This document shows positions 39,635 through 52,979 of a stretch of DNA of 64,000 bases, piece by piece. Under the pieces are notes generated by a model. That model was not told where the DNA came from. It was given only the letters and a program-made list of their open reading frames with translations, and did no database searches. Within the stretch, counting starts at the first letter, position 1, and every line of letters begins with the position of its first letter. The translations under genes were made by a program, and so were the position numbers. Source of the stretch: Octopus vulgaris (taxonomy: Eukaryota); assembly GCA_951406725.2 (NCBI GenBank), contig OX597824.1, positions 64,728,001 to 64,792,000 on the forward strand. The letters run 5' to 3'.

Positions 39635-40215
39635 ATTGCGCAGAAAGAGTACAAGCGTAGACACGACAAGGTAGCCCAAAACCTCCACTAGCTACTATGC
39701 CGTAAGTACGGATATGAGGTAACGGTTGCTTGGTACCAACATACAGTGGAAAAGGTAATGAACGAAAAGGGGAAGGCAAAAATCCTCTGGGACTTTGACT
39801 TCCAGACAGACAACGTTTTAGATCACCGAAGGCTGGATATAGTAACCTTTGGAAGGAACAAACAAGAGTGCCTAATAATTGACGTGGCAGTGCCAGGAGA
39901 TCAACATATGACCATAAAAGAAAGAGAAAAGATTGATAAATACGGAGACCTGCGAATTGAGATCGCTAAGATGTGGCAGTTACGAGAGTCAAACATAAAG
40001 GTTATCCTATTGCCATCGGAGCATTGGGTTCAATACCACCCACTCTAAAAAGAAAAGCAACTTTAGAAACACCCTACAATGTAGGTGTATTACAAAAGTC
40101 GGCATTACTTGGAACTGCACGCACATTGCGTAAAATAGTCTGTCTGAGGTTTTTGCTGTGACTTGACAAACAGTACAAACCCCCAGTAAACATAACATCT
40201 TCAATCAACAACCTC
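39635..40215 (+). mobile_element. R4/Dong-type non-LTR 3' fragment
   Basis: CAQKEYKRRHDKVAQNLH, KILWDFDFQTD, IIDVAVPGD, KEREKIDKYGDL, IGALGSIP and LQKSALLGTARTLRK (PD-(D/E)xK RLE domain). Confidence 0.9.
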
Positions 40216-40227
40216 ACAATATTGTGA

Positions 40228-40400
40228 TATTGTATACTGTAGCTTGTAGCTCTAGGAGGACACCTCCTCCAGCTGGCTTTTGACGGGTACAGAAAGTGTG
40301 TCAATAGCCAACTAGAGGAGGTGTCCTCCTGGGGCTACAGGCAACAGTAGTATCTACCCTTAAGGGTTAGCCACATTTAAATGGCAAATATACTTTACAA
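40228..40400. mobile_element. Short derivative of the 24069-24461 foldback MITE
   Basis: Shares GGAGGACACCTCCTCCAGCTGGC and the end GGTTAGCCACATTTAAATGGCAAATATACTT. Confidence 0.7.
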
Positions 40401-40492
40401 TTTTTATATCTTCCGTGAGTTTTTCACGGGTCCAGCTAGTAGTAGTAATAATAATAATAATAATAAAAATAATAATAATAACAATAATAATA

Positions 40493-40524
<32 letters not shown>

Positions 40525-40537
40525 AATAATAGTAGTA

Positions 40538-40601
<64 letters not shown>

Positions 40602-40659
40602 AATAATAATAAACAACCTGCACAAATGATTTATTTATCGTCATCAAATGTTCGTACAG

Positions 40660-40850
40660 CACATTAGCTCACTCCCTTCATGAAATCGACGTTGTCTGAA
40701 CAGGTACACTGTGTACCACGTGTCAGGTATCGAAGTAATCGCAAAGCAACTCGAGATGAAGTGTTTTGCTCAAGAACACAACACCCGGTCTATGAATTAA
40801 AACCGCGATCGCGAGTATAACGCCCTACACACTAGGTCATGCGCCTTCAC
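40660..40850 (-). mobile_element. Family C-like SINE
   Basis: Revcomp GAAGGCGCATGACCTAGTG...GTGTTCTTGAGCAAAACACTT. Confidence 0.65.
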
Positions 40851-41320
40851 AAATAATAATATTTGTTTCTTCCAAGAAGAGTTCTCTGTCTGACACCAGA
40901 ACGCATCTCTCCTCAAGATGCATCAACTTTATTTTCCAAAAGATCAAAGGCAAAGATGGTCTCGGTGGAATTCGAACTTCAAACACTGAGAATCTGAACA
41001 AATATCACGATTCATTCTATCAAACTCTCTAACGATTGTATCAATTTGCCGCCGCTTTCCAGGTTTCTACTTCGAAGAATTTAGCAAAAATAGTCCCTAT
41101 TGGCAAGATTTGAACTAAAAGCGAATACTTACTTAGCTAAATGCCACGAGGCATCTACCAATTATAAAATTCTCTACCCCATCACGATAAACTGTTACGT
41201 CGTTGGTTAAATGTTAAAATAAAAAAGTAGCATAAGCAGATGTTATTATCTTATGATCTTGCACTTCGAGGTCTTCGAGTTTCACCTGTCTGATGAAAAT
41301 AGATACATCTTGCTTCGCAG

Positions 41321-41322
<2 letters not shown>

Positions 41323-41373
<51 letters not shown>

Positions 41374-41420
41374 TACATATATACATATATATATACATAT
41401 ATATATATACACATATATAT

Positions 41421-41467
<47 letters not shown>

Positions 41468-41661
41468 CATACATATATGTATACATACATATATATGCAT
41501 ATATATATACATACATATATATATAGTATATATATATATGTACATATATATGTATGCACATACGTATATATATATATATATATATACATACATACGTTTG
41601 TATATACATATATATATATATACATACATACGTATGTATATACATATATGAATATATATGA

Positions 41662-41698
<37 letters not shown>

Positions 41699-41833
41699 TA
41701 TATGTATATATATATATACACATACATACATATATGCATATATACATACGTATATATATGTATGCATATATGTATGTATACATACACACACATACACATA
41801 TATATACATATATATATATGTATATATATATAA

Positions 41834-41868
<35 letters not shown>

Positions 41869-41915
41869 TATATATATATACACACACATATATACATATA
41901 TATGAATGTGTGTGT
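41323..41915. repeat. Long degenerate (TA)/(CA)/(TG) microsatellite
   Basis: Seen directly; source of several spurious 200-aa ORFs. Confidence 0.97.
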
Positions 41916-42140
41916 GTCCTTGTGACTGTGTTTGTCCCAACATCCGCTTGACAGCCGGTGTTGGTGTGTTAGATTACGTCCCAGTAACTAACCGGTTTAA
42001 AAAAAATAGACATTTAGAATAGAAACCTGGCTTAAAAAGAAAATGAGTACTGGGGTCGATTCGTTCGACTAAAATTCTTCATGGCAGTGCTCCAGCACGG
42101 CCGCAGCCTAATGACTGAAACAAGTAAATGATAAAAGACA
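41900..42140 (+). mobile_element. 3' half of a family A SINE
   Basis: CGCTTGACAGCCGGTGTTGG...GACTGAAACAAGTAAATG. Confidence 0.8.
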
Positions 42141-42141
42141 G

Positions 42142-42297
<156 letters not shown>

Positions 42298-42612
42298 GGG
42301 CGCGTGGCTTAGTGGTTAGGGCATTCGGCTCATGATCGTAAGGTTGTGAGTTCGATTCCCGGCGACGCGTTGTGTCCTTGAGCAAGACACTTTATTTCAC
42401 GTTGCTCCAGTCCACTCAGCTGGCAAAAATGAGTTGTACTTGTATTTCAAAGGGTCAGCCTTGTCACTCTCTGTGTCACGCTGATTATCCCCGAGAACTA
42501 CGTTAAGGGTACACGTGTCTGTGGAATGCTCAGCCATTTGCACGTTAATTTCACGAGCAAGCTGTTCCGTTGATCGTATCAGCTGGGACCCTCGTCGTCG
42601 TAACCGGCGGAG
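42298..42612 (+). mobile_element. Well-preserved family C (V-domain-type) tRNA-derived SINE after a long pure (TA)n
   Basis: A box TGGCTTAGTGG, B box GAGTTCGATTC, then GTGTCCTTGAGCAAGACACTT. Confidence 0.9.
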
Positions 42613-42976
42613 TCTATATATATATATATGTATATACATGCATATTTTATATATATTACATTATGTGGAATTTAATTTAGTATTTCTAAATTGAATTCTT
42701 TTCCCTTGTAAGTTTGGATTTTATTCCCTCAAATAATAATTATTATATATATATACATACATATATATATATATCCGTATACACACACACACATATATAT
42801 ATACATACAAACATATACATATATATACATATATATAGATACATATATATATAGATGCACATATATACATATTCACGGACATACACACATTCATGCATAT
42901 ATATATATACACACACATACATATATAAACATACATATATATATATACATATATATATATATACATGCATACATGC

Positions 42977-43054
<78 letters not shown>

Positions 43055-43058
<4 letters not shown>

Positions 43059-43379
43059 GCAGCGTGGAAGGTGTTTGTAAGCCATTTAAGAAACACACAA
43101 AAGCCGTTCGATTCACTTCAACATTTAAGTTTAATTTGTCAAAATATTTTCGTCGCTAAAATCCGCGATCCGTGCTCAGATGCAGCACGGATTTTTGTCA
43201 GTGAACAGGTCGCGGATTTTAGCGACGAAAATATTTTGACAAATTAAATTAAATGTTGAAGTGAATCGAACGGCTTTTGTGTGTTTCTTAAATGGCTTAC
43301 AAGCACCTTCCACGCTGCAATTGTTTTCGTTCCAGCACACGATCTCAGATCAAATCACTTGCTATGCGAGTACATCTCC

Positions 43380-43382
<3 letters not shown>
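43055..43382. repeat. Near-perfect ~113-bp inverted repeat embedded in (TA)n
   Basis: 43055-43168 is the reverse complement of 43210-43322 with about 2 differences; inner hairpin at 43168-43192. Confidence 0.92.
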
Positions 43383-43425
<43 letters not shown>

Positions 43426-43909
43426 TATATACATTCATGAATATAAATTTTATATATATATATATACATATATATATATGTGTGTGTGTGTGTGTTTGTG
43501 TATATATAGAGAGAGAGTCAGAGAGACAGACGGACAGACAAACATACTGAGACAGAGACAGAGATACATACATATATTTGACCCTGTAGTGTCAGTTGGC
43601 TGCCATCAAGTTCTCAAGTTGTACTTGTTGAACTGCATGTAGGATAAATGAACCGTCTCATCGTTTCTGGCAGAAACAACCTGTGCCAGATGTATCACTG
43701 TTATTCCTAAAATATAAACGAACAGAAGCTCACAATGAGAGGGTACATATATGCATACATATATGCATATATACATACATACAGACAAACAAACATATAT
43801 ACAGACATATGTAAACATATATTCATACATGTATATGTATACATACACATACATACATACTATTTCACCTTGTTACAGACTTAATCAATTCAGCGCTCTA
43901 ATAATAATA

Positions 43910-44128
43910 TATTTCTTTACTGCCCACAAGGGGCTAAACATAGAGGGGACAAACATGGACAAAGGGATTAAGTCGATTACATCGACCCCAGTGGGAAGCT
44001 GGTACTTTATTTATCGACCCCGAAAGGATAAAAGCAAAGTCGACCTCGGCGGAATTTGAACTCAGAACGTAACGACAGACGAAATACGGCTACTCATTTT
44101 GCCCTGCGTGCTAACTTTTCTGCCAGCT
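43910..44128 (-). mobile_element. Family B SINE (CCCTTGTGGGCAGTAAAGAAA-tail subfamily)
   Basis: Reverse complement matches the 22527 copy. Confidence 0.88.
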
Positions 44129-44136
44129 TAATAATG

Positions 44137-44213
<77 letters not shown>

Positions 44214-44215
44214 CC

Positions 44216-44412
44216 TAGGCACAAGGCCTGGATTTTGCGGAGTGGTTGATAGCCGATCACATCGACCTCAGTATTCAATTGGTACTTAATTTGTCGACCC
44301 TGAAAGGATGAAAGGCATAGTCAACCTCGGCGAAATTTGAACTTAGAACGTAGCGGCAGAGGAAAAGCCGTAAACCATTTCGCCCGATGTATTAACGATA
44401 ATGCCAGCTTGT
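44216..44412 (-). mobile_element. Family B SINE
   Basis: Revcomp core GCCTTTCATCCTTTCAGGGTCGAC. Confidence 0.8.
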
Positions 44413-44427
44413 CGCAGCAGTAGTAGC

Positions 44428-44482
<55 letters not shown>

Positions 44483-44525
44483 TAGAAATAATAATAATAA
44501 TAACAACAACTATAATGATAATAAC

Positions 44526-44599
<74 letters not shown>

Positions 44600-44600
<1 letters not shown>

Positions 44601-45029
44601 CAATCGATATAAACGTATCTGTCAAGACCTACCAAAAACTGAGCAAATATAAAGATCTTGAAATAGAAATCAGCAAAATGTGGAAGCTGAAGACTAAAAC
44701 AATACCTGTTGTCATAGGTGCCCTGGGAATGATAGCAAAAGGGGCTGATAGCTACCTAACTCAGATACCAGGAAACCCAAAAATGGCAGAAGTTCAAAAG
44801 ATAGTGCTCATGGGAACTGCTCATATCCTACGCAAAATACTCTCTATGTAATCTCAAGGTTTAAAACAAACATAATTTTCGGTTTAAAAAAAAAAAAAAA
44901 AAACCTTTTTTTTTCTTAGACATTCATTAGTACAACATCCCCACCCCCCAAATATATGGCACACTAGGCATAACAACAACATGAACTTCTAACCCTGTTG
45001 TCTCTTGAGGTCTCTGGGTGAGACTTGGA

Positions 45030-45030
<1 letters not shown>
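44600..45030 (+). mobile_element. R4/Dong-type 3' fragment inside an (AAT)n array
   Basis: PIDINVSVKTYQKLSKYKDLEIEISKMWKLKTKTIPVVIGALGMI...VQKIVLMGTAHILRKIL; (AAT)n lies directly on both sides. Confidence 0.88.
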
Positions 45031-45064
<34 letters not shown>

Positions 45065-45079
45065 TTATATATAATAATA

Positions 45080-45110
<31 letters not shown>

Positions 45111-45203
45111 CAACTTGTACAAATATAAAAAGCAAAAGTCAAACATAGAATAATAATAATAATAATAATAATAATTATTATTATTTTATTATTATTATTA
45201 TAC

Positions 45204-45288
<85 letters not shown>

Positions 45289-45365
45289 TTGTTGTTGTTG
45301 TTGCTGTTGTTGTTAATAGAAACAAAAAAAGAACAGTACCATAACTATAATTATTATTATCATCA

Positions 45366-45408
<43 letters not shown>

Positions 45409-45470
45409 CATTATTATTATTATTATTGTTATTATTATCATTATTATTATCATTATTATTATTATTATTA

Positions 45471-45529
<59 letters not shown>

Positions 45530-45530
45530 T
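45031..45530. repeat. (AAT)n/(ATT)n array
   Basis: Seen directly. Confidence 0.96.
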
Positions 45531-46735
45531 AGTACCTTTTTCGCTTGGACCTTATCTCAAGGTGTTCGGTCTGCTTCCGTTTCCTCATGCTAGTTCTACG
45601 GGACTCCATTACTTGCATTGCTGGGGCATTGAATACGTCAAAAAATACTTTCATAGGAATTTCTCTTCGTTATTCGGCGTCTCTTCTTTACTTGATTTAA
45701 GGTGACTCCTATGTTCCCAACGTGATCCTTCAACTAGATTCATCATACATCCAATTTATTTGGTTACAAGGCCATCCTCCCAGCCGTCTTCACCATTTCT
45801 GTAGGTTTTAAAATGCACTTTATCTCCTACTTCGAAATATTTCGTTGCATCTTTCGTATTTCCTTTCCATCTTTTTTACTCTGGCAATAACTTATCAAAA
45901 ATCGATTTTATTCTTCTCACGAACATCAAATCTGCGGGTGACGTTCCTGATTCTGTACTTGGATTGGTGGTTACTGTATATACCCTTAAGAATTTTATTA
46001 GTGCTTCATCGTTACTTAACTCATTCCTATCTTTTCTTAACGCTCCTTTGAGCGTGTCCACGAATCTTTCTATCTGCCTATTTGACCTCGGCTGTTGGGA
46101 TGGAGTGAAAATATACTTTATCGGATGCATTTTATAGTTCTTGAATACAAACCCCGAGAATTGCGTTCCATTATAAGAAACTAACGTGTCTGGAACACCG
46201 TATCACGCAAACAATCATATAGGAACTTTATAGTTATCTTAGCAGTTGGTTTATTGCACTTGCATACCTCTGGCCATTTTGTACAGCTGTCTATCACGAT
46301 TAGATAGTAAGCGCCGCTCATCGGTCCAGCATAGTCGATATGTAACCTAGGCCATGGGTTCTCAGCTCCGGCCACTATTGATATTTTACCGGAGGGGCAA
46401 TGGCCGCGAGCGCGCAACCTTACCAAATGTTCAATATCCCAATCCATAGTCAACCAATAGATGTAGCTCCTCGTCAGAGCTTTCATCCTCGACATTCCTG
46501 GGTGTCTGCTGTGGAATTGTTGCAATACACGTTTTTGTAATGCAGTTGGTACTACAATTCTTTGCGCATACATTAGAATATCGTCGCATATTGAGAAACT
46601 ACTCGAATTTGTATTTTTATTTTGCTTATTTTTTAAAGCTTCTTTCATTTTTGTAATATACTTATTTGATGTATTCAATGTCCTACAGATTTCATTATTA
46701 TATCTTGTGGGGTCAATGGCAGTTCTTGGATACAG
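45531..46735 (-). mobile_element. Gypsy integrase region relic
   Basis: RIVVPTALQKRVLQQFHSRHPGMSRMKAL..YW (integrase Zn finger), WPRLHIDYAGP..YLIVIDSCTKWPEV and QPRSNRQIERFVDTLK (DDE core). Confidence 0.92.
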
Positions 46736-46739
46736 TAGA

Positions 46740-47450
46740 GCTGTGTGCCAGAAGCTGGAGCATGTGCTAGCGATTAAATACCAATTAGTCGAATGGCTGT
46801 TTTCTTGATGCAGTCAAAAATATTTGCGTACGTAGTAGCTGCATCATCCTGGATATGGGAACAACAATCCATTGTGGGCCTTGTAGATTGTCAGCAGTTG
46901 TTACGGTGTTGAAAAGAAATGGCAGTCTTCGGGATGCAGTCTTACCTATGTTTAAGGATCCTTTATCAGAAGAGATCCTCGATAATAGTGAGGTATAGCA
47001 CTTGGAACGACTGTGAGGACTCCAACTGAGTGGCGCCCAAGTTTAAGGGCGTGTGCAGAGGTAGTGTTTTGCCTAAAAAGAGAAAGGTATGCATGACCTC
47101 ACTGAAGGATGATCTGAAGGTCTCCATTTACAGAATCAGTGCCTGCTTTACGTATGGAGTCTAGTTTGCGTGTAAATTATGCATGGTTGGAAGAAGTTAC
47201 AATCGAATGAAGGCAGTATCATCAGTAGAAGAATGAGCGCTGTTGGATTGTCAGCATGTATGTATAGAAGGAGGAATGTAAGGAACAAAACCGAACCCTG
47301 AAGTAAACCAGAGTTAATTGTGGGTGGGCCAGAAAGAGTTTAGTCAACATAAGCCACGATGATGCGATCTGACAGGGCTCTACTGATTCAAGAGATGAAA
47401 AATGAATGGCGCCCATAGGTGGGAAATTTTGGTTGAATCTTCCCATGTCA
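46740..47450 (-). mobile_element. Decayed CR1/L2-like RT fragment
   Basis: Minus strand QGSVL..FLLY and HIQDDAA remnants. Confidence 0.5.
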
Positions 47451-47559
47451 GTCATAGTAGAAGACTTTATTGACGATCAGTATCCATGGCGTTGAAGGAC
47501 GAAATACAAAAGCAGTAGAGTGGTTGAGTGGTTTACGTCGAGCTAAAACAGTAATAACG

Positions 47560-48700
47560 ACAATGAAAAATAACGTGGAAACAATAAATAATAAAAAAAA
47601 ACAAGTTCTAATCCTCCAAATGGGGTTCAAAACATAGAGTGATTCAAAGCATTCCGTACATAATCCCGGATAACCCTTACACACAAACGATAAGTACCTT
47701 CTTTTTGTTCTTACTGTCAACATATAGCCACATAGCCACATAGCCATAGTAAATCTACTGGACCACGCCGTTTTTGTCTTTCTAACCAACCTTTCATAAA
47801 ACTTATTGGAATGCCTCTCATTCAATAGCTTTAGGATCCAATAACCTATGTCATCTGTCTCTCTACACTCATCTTCTATTTCAGGTGGTACTTGACTCTG
47901 TTGAAAAGGACTTGACAAGGACAAAAGAAGTTCTGTCCTCGAACGTTGCAACGGCACCCACCTCACAACTTCCTTCCTTATGGCCACCAGGCAAAGGAAG
48001 ATTATCAGCTCTTTCTTAACAAAGGAAAGCTGTGGGTTGTTATTCATGATGAACTCGGCTAATAGCCAAATACGTCCTGCACCAAATAAAAAGCCACATA
48101 CCAACAGTGCACAGATACTTAACGAGAGCTTGCCGAATCATTTTGTCGCTCTGCCTGCATCTCTGCATCTTAGACAAACTCCATTACAGTCAAGCCTGTA
48201 GAGTTTATATAGAGTTTATCCCGAAACAAGTAATTCATTTTCCATCCGACGCTCGATTTCTGTCAGGTCATGAACTTTGGGACATTTTTCATAAATCTAG
48301 ACCTAAAAGCCCTCCGGAAGAATCCATTCAGAATCTTATTGTCAGTAGCTAGAATTGTTCCAAGGCCATCATCCCTGATGCCCTCCTACAAAATGTGAGT
48401 GTTCAGGTCGCACCAACCGAATTGCTCACCTGTGGGCGTTCAGTGAACACCACCCGACACTCAAGATGCTAAGGGCTTGACTTCGGTCTAAGTTTGACAT
48501 CAGACTGCAAACCGGTGAAAGAGAGGAGCTGTTGAAAGACATTGCTCACAAACAATGACCACAGGTGCTCACCCGTTGTCTGAGGTTAAACCATAAACAG
48601 AAGTTTCTTTCGCCAGTCTCGGAGTACCTTCGAAAAGGCCATCATCCTTCTCTCCTGCCATGTCATAAAAAGACGCAACTAAATACGGTAAAGTATTTTA
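47560..48700 (-). mobile_element. Probable piggyBac transposase relic
   Basis: ORF 47448-48104 contains TKRRYLSFVCKGYPGLCTECFESLY, resembling the piggyBac C-terminal cysteine-rich domain (C..PGLC..CF). Weaker upstream remnants fit the DDD core. Confidence 0.5.
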
Positions 48701-49183
48701 TTCAGCCCTCCGACACCACAATCCGCTATCCCAAGATATCTGAGACAACAGGTGAGCCGCTGCGTAGTCTTTTGACTTGCTAGAGACAGCAACCAAATTG
48801 CTCTCAAATTACACCATATTGTCTTTAAAAACGGGAAAAAGATGACTGTTTTGGATTATGTAATCCGAGATAAAGTTAGAGTGGCCATAGCTTGAATACT
48901 TTGACCATAAGTATATTCAGTAAGAGCTTGCCTGTGGTTAAATAACGACGACAGCAAGTACACCAATGAATTATTACCATGAGATCCCCCCTCCCCCACA
49001 ACAAAAAGCTGTCAATTGCGAACATATATTGTAATGTTACTATAAACCAGACAGACAAAAGTTTCAATGATTTTCGTATTAATAAATCTAACCGTTAGAT
49101 AAAATTAGTATATATCATTTACAAGAGCGACCAAGTGAATAAAATTGTTGATACACATGCGCACACACACACAACACACTCAC

Positions 49184-49279
<96 letters not shown>
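49184..49279. repeat. (GATA)n microsatellite
   Basis: Seen directly. Confidence 0.97.
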
Positions 49280-50483
49280 CACACATATATACACATATAT
49301 CGGAAATATTTACTGGAATATTTGTTTCACAGCCAATCGATATCCCCCAAAGCTATTTTTAGTACCGTTATTGATATCAATAGTTTAGTAGTGTTTCACT
49401 TGTTCATAAGTTGTAGTAAGATTTGGTCTGAAAATTAGCCTGAAACGTTTCATTGCCAAAACTTACATCGTATCACACTGAATCATTTGATAAATAATGA
49501 GATTATAAATTAAATATATTCAGCAATCTGGGAAATAACATCTTGATTGTTTGCATTAAACTGACAGAACACATTGAAAATACTAGTAGTTATTTTATAT
49601 ATTTATTTTATTTTATTCTTATTTTATCAATGTAAAAGTTCGTCCAAAGCTAGCAAGCCAAGACAGACTGAGAAATATATATATTAAGAAAACAATAAAC
49701 TTGTATAAAAAAGAAAATAAATTATACAAAACAACAAACGAAAATAATAACACAAAAGCTAGGTCGAAGAGAAAACAGAAGAAATACAGATAAAGACCAC
49801 TTAAATGTTTGTGTCCTGAATATTTTTATAGCCTGAATCGAAAGGTTTTACTTATGCTTGTTGGATTCTTGGTAGCTATCTTAAAACCACTTTAAAATGT
49901 CCTCTCTCTCAAATTGGCTCTTTTTAAATGGGGACAAAAATGCCGTAAGGTTTCTGAATAGTCTTCATCCAAAAACATTAAGGTGATTCCAAATAACCTA
50001 CTTATAATAGAATATATTTCAAAGGAATTTTGTTTGAAGCCTATAATATTTTTGTTAACCTTGCCCAGTGTCTGACACGTTTTGTACGTTTATAGATCTG
50101 GTTGAGATAATAATGGAGTTAAGTTTATACTTTAATTCAAAGGAATATGGTCCGTTCGAAGATAAAATATTAGCCTTGTTTTAAACGTTGAAAAATCGAA
50201 TTAAGATTATGAAGGCTGCTTAAAAATTCGTGTTGTTGTTAAGTTGCGCGTCATCTCTGAGATGGATTGAAAGTGTTTTAACATTGGCTCCACCATCCTC
50301 TTTTGCCCAAGACAATTAACCCAGGAACGCATAATCCAATGTATTTTACCTTTATTAAAATAGTAGGATGCAATTTGGGAAATATTTGACTATTATTTCT
50401 TTTCTAGTAAATTGAATGACCGCAAAAAAGAATCTTTGTTGGTTCGTAATTTTTGTTATTGTTTAGTTTTGTCTAAAGCACCG

Positions 50484-50668
50484 AGATGGCAGAATGCTTA
50501 GCAGCATTTCGTCCGTCTTTACTTTCTGAGTTCAAATTCCGCTGAGGTCGACTTTGCCTTTCATCCTTTCGAGGTAGGTAAAACAAATACTAATTGAGGA
50601 CTGGGATCGATGTAATTGACTATTTTCATCCCCAGAACCTCCTGGCCTTGTGCAAAAATTTGAGGCCA
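50484..50668 (+). mobile_element. Family B SINE
   Basis: GAGGTCGACTTTGCCTTTCATCCTTTCGAGG. Confidence 0.8.
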
Positions 50669-51005
50669 TTTTTTAGTTCTGTCATATCTCTGACTGAAGG
50701 AATAATTTCCAATCATGACCATCTTTGTATATGTTGTATAATAAAAACGGAATGCTTATGGTTAGAATACTTTAGAACATAAATCTACTGGAACAATACT
50801 GACTTGAGGCTAAACAAGAACAACAACCGCTTTAGTGAAAAGGAAATAATTATAGCTTCTGGTTTCGGTACAAGAGCAGAGGGTCAGACTAGCATGAACA
50901 ACCCTTGAGGCATAATGGCAAAGCCAGAAGAAGAAATACCGCAAGACATTTTCTCCTGCACTCTTACGATTTTGTCAATCCACAGCCCGAATAATAATAA
51001 CAATA

Positions 51006-51220
51006 ATGGCTTCAAATTTTGCCACAAGGCCAGAAATTTCAGGGGAGGAGTAAGTCGATTAGGTCGACCCCAGTCCTCAACTAGTACTTACATACTTTAT
51101 CGATCCATGAGGGAATGAAAGGTTAATTCAAGCTCGGCGGAATTTGAACCCAAAGTGTAAAGACGGACGAAATGTCGCTAAGCGTTTTGTCCGGTGCGCT
51201 AACCTTTCAGCTTGCCGCTT
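51006..51220 (-). mobile_element. Family B SINE
   Basis: Reverse-complement match to the family body. Confidence 0.75.
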
Positions 51221-51221
51221 T

Positions 51222-51222
<1 letters not shown>

Positions 51223-51289
<67 letters not shown>

Positions 51290-51306
51290 TAATAATAATA
51301 ATAATA

Positions 51307-51363
<57 letters not shown>

Positions 51364-51372
51364 ACAATAATA
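51223..51372. repeat. (AAT)n immediately followed by (ATT)n
   Basis: Seen directly. Confidence 0.95.
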
Positions 51373-52979
51373 GCAGTACCTTGAGATTAGAACATTATGA
51401 ATACATCGTATAAGGAAGTTAAAAAGTAACAAGACCTGACATTTGAAGTGGAGTTTATTCATAAAGCCTCAAAAATCTGGCATGAGAAGTTGGAGCTACC
51501 AGACATCGTTAGACGTACACGGTCGGCATCCATACGCAGAATAGCGCAAGTGTTGTCTCTAAGTTACAGAAAGAAACTTAGAAATTACATAGATAATCCA
51601 GAACATCAAAACTGAAGAGTAATGAGATAATAATAATAATAATGACGACGATGACTATGATGACGACGACGATGATGATTTCTTTTATTTTCCACAGGGG
51701 CATCCGATGGTTTTCAGACATTACAAGAATATTTTAATCTGTGTGGAGGTTTACAAAATAACAGCGATGGAGAAAGGAAGGCCAAGAGAGAAGAAATGAG
51801 ATAAAATGTATTCATTGTATACAATATATGTAAACGCATGTATGATGCAGTCCTTCTGATACAGGACTTCCAATTAGAAGAAAACAAGAAACCGCACAGG
51901 TCTAAGATGGCTCTAATCTTGAGGTCGGCCAGCTGAGGTAAATTACCCCAAGTGGGATAAAAATGAAATTCTTGGGGGTAATGAGGACTCATTAGACATA
52001 AGTAAAATTATATAAAAAAAGAAGTGTTCCTTGTTGCGACAGAAATTTTTCTTCAGGCAACACTGTACCTGATCAATGTAATGGACGTGTAAATAGATTC
52101 ATATAGATTCAATAAAATAGATTCAGTAAACCTTTTGAATTCAAAGAATCTATGATTTTCTTCCTTTCAGATAAAGAGGATAATTTTCGCGTAAATAAAT
52201 ATATTTTGAGCTAAGTGGTTAAAAAAAGTTCCCCGATACCTGCACTAATCACTATGGACATGATCTCTTACCCAACTATTATTCTCCGATCTACAGATGC
52301 ATGCTTAAAGTGATACCTTTCATCCAAACAATTTTTTCTACAATCACCGAACTTTTGAGGTTTTGCTGAAGGAGAAAATTTTCTCCCCTCGCCCACCTAC
52401 CTTACTCTCCTTACCAAGTGGAATTTGAAAAAAAATGATGAGGGGTTGACCGAAGAGGAAAGTCTTATCCACTACACAAGCTCTTTCAGCCTTATCCACT
52501 ACACAAGCTCTTACACCATAGCCACCAGACAAAAAAGCACTTTCTATCTCGCCTTATTATAGGAAGGCGGCGGGATGACCATAACGATAGATTCGACCGA
52601 CAGCCAGATTCGTCTTACATGCGAAAATAGCTGTTGGACATAAATCCACAAGTTAGCAATGCTCAAAATTACACGAGTGCGGGCAGTACAGTCTCGTCGA
52701 TGAACATGTATCTCGGACAGTTCCGCTTGGCTGTACTTCCGTGCTTGTAGAGTTTATTCCGAACCAGTGTCACCTCTCGGTAGCACTGCCAGGTCGAGGA
52801 CTTCTGGAAGTTATTTGTAATAGTCTCCGTCCTGAATTCCCTCTGTAGCAGACCACCCAGTTCGTTCTCATTGATGCCTAGATTTTCTAGCACCGACAAT
52901 GTCACATATTTTAAGGTTGTATACTGTCAACGTAGACCGACCCCAGTGCTTGACTGCAAATATAGACGATAAAAACCAG

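Noticed and set aside
41285-41322. CTGATGA motif before a microsatellite
   Set aside because: No GAAA box or viable stems follow.
41214-41951. Long ORFs of about 100-230 aa rich in YI/HT/CV (also near 15.1, 26.8, 36.7, 42.7 and 60.7 kb)
   Set aside because: They are translations of dinucleotide microsatellites, not genes.
42298-42372. tRNA-like sequences (also at 36149 and 57568)
   Set aside because: They are SINE heads that continue into SINE bodies and occur as diverged copies; no convincing complete cloverleaf.
52669-52905. 78-aa minus-strand ORF as a host gene
   Set aside because: No recognisable domain or splice context; weak resemblance (VLPAL) to a decayed LINE RT.
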